Assembly (NCBI GenBank): GCA_964621445.1
Contig: CAZUNO010000012.1
Coordinates: 1 to 64,000, forward strand
DNA from: Candidatus Hadarchaeota archaeon
GTDB taxonomy: Archaea; CAYQAE01; CAYVLA01
Reading direction: 5' to 3'
Length of the DNA: 64,000 nucleotides
A program made the position numbers and the translations under genes. Shown here piece after piece: positions 57,923 through 64,000 of the stretch. The notes below the pieces were generated by a model. The model had not been told where the DNA came from. It saw only the letters and a program-made list of their open reading frames with translations, and did not search any database. Positions within the stretch are counted from its first letter, which is position 1, and each line of letters begins with the position of its first letter.

Positions 57923-60265
57923 CTAATCCTCTCTAGTCGTGGGGGGTCGGTAGCTGAAACCCCTTAGGAAACAAATCAGGCCCACGAATAGCAGGGGGAG
58001 TAAAAGTTCAGTAATCGGGAACCACAACGAGTTGGATCCAGCTGATTTAAGGGTAAGCCACTCCTGTTCTCTCTGATATTCCGCCGGGTATGCGGTGTGG
58101 TAGTACTCGGGCCACGGTGATGGTGCGGGGTATTGGCCGCCCAGGGTCAGTGAGTAGAGCTGTGTTTCCTGGTAGGTGTGTCCTCCTAGCTCGACTATCC
58201 ACTCGGAGACGTTGTCACCGTCGATGTCGCCCCACCAGCCTCCGTTCTCCGCCCTCCTGTTCACTGCTACATTCTCGTTCATGTAGTATGCTTCCAGCCT
58301 CCCCGTGGCGCCATCGGTGACTATCGGGAAGGGGGCTAGCCAAAGCACCTCTAGCTCGCCGTCGCCGTCGATATCGGCTATCGTCTGGTAAGAGGACCAG
58401 TAGTTGGCGGTCGCTCCCCACGGTAGTTCCCCGCTCTGGCTCATCTCGGTGAAGTTAACCTCCCATATGACCTCCGGGGAATCCCCGCTTATGTTGAGGG
58501 CGAAACCGGCGTCACTGGACATCACCACCATATCCATACCGCCATCTCGGTCCAGATCCCCGACAGCCTGACAGAGCCTGATTGTGCCCTGCCTGGGGTG
58601 CCTCCATGACCACTCCTCCACGCCCTCATGGCTGATGCTGAAAACAGACGACATCGGCGGGCTGGTCCAGGCCAGCGCCTCGAACTCCCCGTCCCCGTCG
58701 ATATCCGCTACAATCACATTGTTGAACTCCATGTTGGACCCTGTGTCGAACCTCCACCTCTCCAACCCGGACCCGGCATCAATGCAGTACACATTGTGGT
58801 CCTGGCAGGCCCAAACCACCTCGAACTCACCGTCCCGGTCGATATCACAGACAGTGGGATGACCACCGTTACCCGGCAAGGTCTGGAACGAGGTCCAAAC
58901 CAGCTCGCCCTCATGGCTAACGCGGTGGATATAGCCATGGTTGGTGCTGAGAAAGAACTCAACGAAACCATCGCCATCAACATCCAAAGCCTGCGGGGCA
59001 CCAAACATATCCGCCCGATCGGGTTCATCCCAGTACCACACAAGCTGTCCATCACCATTCAGAACATGAAGCCTTCCACCCCTACCAGCCAGACAGAGCT
59101 CATAGACACCGTCGGCATCAACGTCCACCAGGGACACCTTACCCGGGTTACCGGGAAGCCCAGGCATATCGGGAGGAGGATACATCCACTCCAGCCTGGA
59201 ATCCGCATCGACACACCACAGCCTCTTGGTATCACCCCTCCCGTTACCGAACACCATCTCCATCACCCCGTCACCGTCCACATCCCAAACCGTCTGACAT
59301 CCCCGGTGCCCCGGACCAACGATCGAGGAGGTAAGATCACTCATATTGACAATCCACTCAACACCGAGCAGAGGGACCTCCGGTTCCCTGAACTCGGTCG
59401 AGAAATTCACCCCAGCGCTAGCCTCAGTCCGACCATCAGAGACATATACCACCAACCGGTGAACCCCATCCGGCAAGACCAAGTCAATCTTCTTGTCCAC
59501 CACAACAGGGCAGGCATCATTACCGATGTAGCTCTGCCTGGCATGGCCCTCCAGAATTATCTCGCCGTCGACCTCTACCCGCCAGTCAATCTCAATAGGT
59601 TCAACATCCACATCGTACACCCGGAAACAAACCGACCAGAGTCTAGCTAACTCCGCTCCCTGGTTCGGCTCGGTGATAACCAGGTACCGAGTCTCCCCCG
59701 GCACCCTGGACCCGGAGATGTTACCGGCAAGCGTGATACCGGCCCGCGGGTATCTAAGAGCAACCCGACTCATCTCCTGGAACTGATACCTCGGGAGCCT
59801 CCACACAGCCCACAGCCCGATACAGGAACGGGGGCTAAGGTTATACCTCCCATGCTTCCAGATCTTCTCTACAAGCCCATCGCATTCCATTTCACCAAAT
59901 TGTTGGGACCATCGATGGTAGTAACAATCTCTCCACGGGCCGTCATCCACCTTAAACTCCATCAAACGCGGATCAATAACCATATAGCTATCCAGGTTGT
60001 TGCGGAGTCTCATCCAAACGATAACCTCCCTGAACCCCTCAACATCCCCAACGGCAACCAACTCCAGGGTCACCCCATTACTCGTGGCATCCACAGACAT
60101 GTAGGAATGGTTGCCATGGAGTGGTTGTGAAGAACCTCCAGGATCAACGTCAAGGCTAGACACCAAGCTGAAGTTAAGCGGAAGAATTAGAAAAAGGAAA
60201 AATAGAGAATTGAATTTCGTCATCCTAATTCCACTGAACGAAGGATTGTTCCACATGAAAATCAC
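57923..60265 (-). CDS. Secreted/surface protein with FG-GAP / PQQ-like beta-propeller repeats and C-terminal anchor
   Basis: Signal peptide; about 8 DxDGDGxxE repeats; WPEYYH; C-terminal PITE + TM + basic residues. Confidence 0.82.
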   Translation of the reverse strand: MIFMWNNPSFSGIRMTKFNSLFFLFLILPLNFSLVSSLDVDPGGSSQPLHGNHSYMSVDATSNGVTLELVAVGDVEGFREVIVWMRLRNNLDSYMVIDPRLMEFKVDDGPWRDCYYHRWSQQFGEMECDGLVEKIWKHGRYNLSPRSCIGLWAVWRLPRYQFQEMSRVALRYPRAGITLAGNISGSRVPGETRYLVITEPNQGAELARLWSVCFRVYDVDVEPIEIDWRVEVDGEIILEGHARQSYIGNDACPVVVDKKIDLVLPDGVHRLVVYVSDGRTEASAGVNFSTEFREPEVPLLGVEWIVNMSDLTSSIVGPGHRGCQTVWDVDGDGVMEMVFGNGRGDTKRLWCVDADSRLEWMYPPPDMPGLPGNPGKVSLVDVDADGVYELCLAGRGGRLHVLNGDGQLVWYWDEPDRADMFGAPQALDVDGDGFVEFFLSTNHGYIHRVSHEGELVWTSFQTLPGNGGHPTVCDIDRDGEFEVVWACQDHNVYCIDAGSGLERWRFDTGSNMEFNNVIVADIDGDGEFEALAWTSPPMSSVFSISHEGVEEWSWRHPRQGTIRLCQAVGDLDRDGGMDMVVMSSDAGFALNISGDSPEVIWEVNFTEMSQSGELPWGATANYWSSYQTIADIDGDGELEVLWLAPFPIVTDGATGRLEAYYMNENVAVNRRAENGGWWGDIDGDNVSEWIVELGGHTYQETQLYSLTLGGQYPAPSPWPEYYHTAYPAEYQREQEWLTLKSAGSNSLWFPITELLLPLLFVGLICFLRGFSYRPPTTRED

Positions 60266-60300
60266 ATTTACCTAGGAGGCTCAGCTTTCTTATAGGTCCT

Positions 60301-60905
60301 TCAGTCATCGACGAAGAGTCCTCTGGTCGGCTGGTTATTGTCATCTATCTCCAAGTTGTAAATCTCTGTGTTCGAGTCCGGTCCATTCAGATGGGCTCTG
60401 CTGAGGAACCTGAATTTGTACTCAGCTGTGCCGAAATCGTAGTTGACTTGAAGCCACTCCGTAGATTCCGGGATACTACTTGTGGTAGTACTCCAGAGCT
60501 TGCTTCCCACGTTGACCCAGTGCCCATCTTGTTTCTCGTAGACGAAAAGCCACATCCTGAAATAAGCTTTGCTTGCCGTGTCCTGTTCTCTTCATAGTCT
60601 ACTAGCACACCACACTTTGCGTACTCTCCACCGTCCAACTCGTTTTCGTCTGTATACCAATACGCTTCCCAACCATAATAGCCGCTTCCAGTTCCGCTGT
60701 CGAAATCGCCGTATCCTCCGTACATGTATCCATATATCCCAGCCCAATACGTGCACCCAGTTTCACAATCTCCTGAATCCACTTCGAAATGGTCGGCACT
60801 GTAACCAAATGAGGAAGTGTTGTCTATGTCTACTCTAGATATGGCCCAGACAATGGCAGCGCTGCCGATAACCAACATCACTGTCAAGATGGCTTCTCTT
60901 TTCAT
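60301..60905 (-). pseudogene. Secreted protein with one frameshift near 60590
   Basis: MKREAILTVMLVIG signal peptide after a GGGGTGA RBS; the protein-like sequence continues in another frame as EQDTASKAYFRMWLFVYEK...LFVDD. Confidence 0.55.
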
Positions 60906-61019
60906 TTCTTTCACCCCCCTTTGGCCCATCTGGAGGCCATGAGGACAGGTCGAACAACACCCAGGGAACTGTACAGATCCCTCGGTCTGGGAGCTGCGGC
61001 CTTTCTCGGTCCACGTTGG

Positions 61020-61692
61020 CCTGGGTCCTCTTTCTCTCCTCCAGGTACCGTCTTAACGCCTGGCAGGCGTCCTGCCCAAAGAAAGCTCTGTACTCAACGC
61101 CCGACTTCTTTCTAGCTAGCTTAACCAGCAGCGGGGGGTCCTCCAGGCTACCTCTTACCGGGTCCTCCACCATGACGTCGCCGACGTTCAGATCCAGCAG
61201 ATCTCCTATGCTCATACCGGACTGCCATAGGCAGAGGATGATGGCTTTGTCTCTGTTGGCTTTTGCATGGTCCACCAGCTCTCTGACTTGGTCTCGCCGA
61301 ATATTCATCTTCCGGTTTCTCTGTCTTCTGGTCGCTTTCGGTAAGCTCAACTTTTTCTTGTCCACGGGGAGATCGTTGTAGTTCAAGAACTCCGTTATGC
61401 CCGAAAGGTACTTGTGACAGGTTTTAAGAGCGAAACCTTTTTCTCCATTCTTCTTCTCCGCCTGGCTGTGGAGGTAGTTGAAGAACCCCTTGAGGATGTT
61501 GACTTCAGGCCTTTGACGTTTCTCTATATCCTTTCTCCTGTCCTCGGCGACAACCCTTATCAGTCCCTCTCCCAAGATTTTGTGCCCTCGCTCCTTCTCC
61601 ATGTAGCCCTGGAAAAGCTGGAACGCTCTCCGGTACGCTGTCCGCGTGGACTCATTCTTAGATTCAAGGAAGCTCTCAGTCCTGTTGTCCAT
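61020..61692 (-). pseudogene. C-terminally truncated tyrosine recombinase
   Basis: N-terminal STRTAYRR domain, RDKAIILCLWQSGMSIGDLLDLNVGD, RKKSGVEY, ALRRYLEER; no HxxR or catalytic Tyr follows. Confidence 0.8.
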
Positions 61693-61737
61693 GGTACCAC
61701 ACCCAACCTAAACACCCAAAGTAAAAATGTAACTAGT

Positions 61738-61756
61738 TAATGAACTAACTCGTATT
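61738..61756. repeat. Right attachment site (element arm TAATGAACTAA, core AACTCGTATT)
   Basis: Read directly; 55 bp upstream of the start of the right recombinase. Confidence 0.88.
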
Positions 61757-63905
61757 CGACTTCGAACTCAGCCCCGTTATTCAAGGAGGAAACCGCCTCC
61801 TGGACCTGCCACACTGGCAGAATCTCGCTCCATTCGCCAGATCCATTCACTGGTCTCCACCTGGCGAAATCCATTACCGCCTGATTGGGTTGAGAACGGG
61901 ATATCTTCCAGGAAGAATCGGGTTCAGTTATATGCAGAGGCTCATCGAGCACCTCCTCTGCCTCTCCATCCACCTGAAAATCCGGATTGACCAGAAATAG
62001 TCTCCCCTGACCACCGGCCAGGTCGAAGGTCGTGTTCCGTGGACGAGATAAAACCTCACCCGTGTGGGGAACCAGCTCCTGGACCTCATCCTCGAAATCC
62101 ACATTCAGCCTCATAGTTTTCGAGTAATGCATATTTACCATGAAGCTTATGGTTGAATTTCCCAACCTTCGCCTATGAATTAGTAGATTTCGTAGAGGTG
62201 CTCCTGACACCCATTCAATGGAAGGGCCGGGGCTAAGAAACGGTTTTATTTTGGACGCCAGACTGCGTTCGGAGTTTTTAGTTTTTATCGCCCGGGCCAG
62301 CAGATCCTGGAGCTCGCCTGATTCCTCCCCCTCGATCAGATATGGTACCTCCCCAACCAGGATGATCTCACCACCCGATTCCGAGAGATCTTTGAGCAGC
62401 TCGAAGGTCGATCGCCTGATGCTTTTCATGGAGGGAATGACCACTACCCGGTATTTCTGGCGTCCCAGGACCAATTTCCCTCCACGAACCTCCCCATGCT
62501 TTTCAATGATGAACTCCTCACCGTACTCAAAATCTATCTGACTTCTAAGGAGATTCCAGGTCAGCTCTCTAAATTTCTCAAAGACATCCTCAACCCGATC
62601 CGGTCTGGATGGGCTATACTCGGCCCAGGCGCTTCCTATGGGATGGATGACTAGCACATCAACCAATCTATCTCCATGCGATAGGACGTAACTAAGCCTG
62701 GTGAAATAATCGGCTACCATGCGGTTATATTCCCACCAGGGCTGATGGGGAGATAGCGTGGGTGGATAGTCCCTCTTTCGAGCCCCCCTCAAGGAATATA
62801 AAGCCAGGTGTTGGCACAGAAAATTTACCCCCAGCGCGTATTGAAAGTTGCCTATCCATCTTCTATCATGAAAGTCCAGCGCCTGTCCAGAGGTGCCGTA
62901 GCTCTCGGATAGAACCCTTCTCTTGCCGAGCTGAGAGGAAACCGAGGCAACCTGCTTCTCTACCCAGGGATTATGTATGCCCTTTCCCAGGTGGTCTATT
63001 CCTGGCTGTTGCATGTATTCATAGTGTTGCATGGCACTCCCAATGCAGTGGATCTGGCCCAGAAGAGAATCCTCCCACTCGTAGTGCCCCGTATAGCTCA
63101 GTGACCGTTCCTCGCACCAATCATGGACCTGCTTGCTGAAAGCCTCCACGAAAAGCCGGGTCAATGTAGAGTAATAATCGTACCTTACCTTTCTGAATTC
63201 TCCTTCATCGAAAAATAGGCTTTCAATATGATCCGCTAAATTGTATCCGTGTTCCACCTCAAACCTATCAACCATGTCCTTTGCCCAGGGAATAACAAGT
63301 TTCCCGCTCTGGGAATGATGGGTGGCATACTGCGGCTCGTCGGTAAATATGCCCGGTACAGTTTCACCAAACTCGTTTCCCAGGTGAATCTCATATAGTT
63401 CGTGGGTTGACTCCAGGAAGCAACCAACTGCATCGGGGTTTAGTAGATTTGGGATATGTCCCATCGGCATGACCTTGGCGAAGAAATCGAAGGATTGCAT
63501 CTCCCCGTCGATCTCCATCTCCCTCCTTGCCAGGGTATTCAGCGGAGGCCTGGAATCCCGTGATGGCCTGCAATATAGAAGCATGCTCCTGAATTCCGGG
63601 GCGAGCTTGGTGACTTGTCCTCCACCCTTTCCGCTGGGCCAACCATCCTCATCATATATCCAGAACCTGCCTCCGATCTCCTCGAACTTCCGAACGCAGG
63701 ATTTGACTAGATTGAACCAACGGTTGCTCAAATAGGGGGTCACTAGTCCCGTCCGGGCATGGAAGAAGAATCCACCCCACCCCTGACAATGGAATTCCTC
63801 TATGAACTCCAGGAGCCTTTCCTCCTCTAGCTGATCATTGACTGAAAAGAAGGGAGCGGGACGGTATTGGACAGGTGGTTCCTTGAATCGGTCTAGATTC
63901 ACCAA
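61747..63905 (-). pseudogene. 5' part of a GH106-like (alpha-L-rhamnosidase-like) glycoside hydrolase gene split by the element
   Basis: RPAPFFS, IYDEDGWPSG, GIFTDEP, PGIDHL, SESYG, RKRDYPP. GGAGGAGG RBS before TTG 63905. Ends AEFEVEYE then LVH* read from element sequence. Confidence 0.88.
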
Positions 63906-64000
63906 ACATCCTCCTCCTCTCGCCACATCTCCGGTGTTGATAAATGCGCATGTGACCGTGCCCTTTATCAATCTGGTAACCTGCCGTAAGACATGGATTT

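Larger units (their letters stand above)
53653..61756. mobile_element. Integrated tyrosine-recombinase element, 8,094 bp between repeat copies
   Basis: Direct repeat AACTCGTATT at 53653-53662 and 61747-61756; interrupts a host gene; recombinase genes at both ends; AT-rich ends and mosaic cargo. Confidence 0.92.

Noticed and set aside
58628-59650. 340-aa plus-strand ORF
   Set aside because: Antisense shadow of the beta-propeller gene.

Overview
Archaeal chromosomal segment, probably from an anaerobic heterotroph. Core genes include dph6, thyA, trkH, purM/purB, a GPN GTPase, gins-mcm, pus10, rpl21e-rpoF-DUF655-ksgA, argH/argB, ribL/ribK, queD, the DUF39/NIL-ferredoxin/UPF0280 homocysteine cluster, proS, mbf1, pan, cysS, mch, class I lysS and an initiator tRNA, with several catabolic genes interspersed. 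Two features stand out. (1) An elongator tRNA-Met(CAU) gene (42074-42265, minus strand) appears to be split by four bulge-helix-bulge-type introns, one of them inside the 3' strand of the acceptor stem (68/69). (2) An 8,094-bp integrated element (53653-61756) is bounded by a 10-bp direct repeat and splits a GH106-like glycoside hydrolase gene so that precise excision restores the reading frame. Its reconstructed attP looks like a Xer/dif site, it carries a tyrosine recombinase at each end, and it encodes its own archaeal histone with the stacking Gly replaced by His. Also notable are a CARF-wHTH regulator divergent from an RNase HIII-like gene across palindromic sites, three genes that seem to need non-canonical start codons, and three paralogs of a membrane-anchored surface protein, one with an in-frame TGA. 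All product calls rest on motif recognition by eye; no database searches were run.
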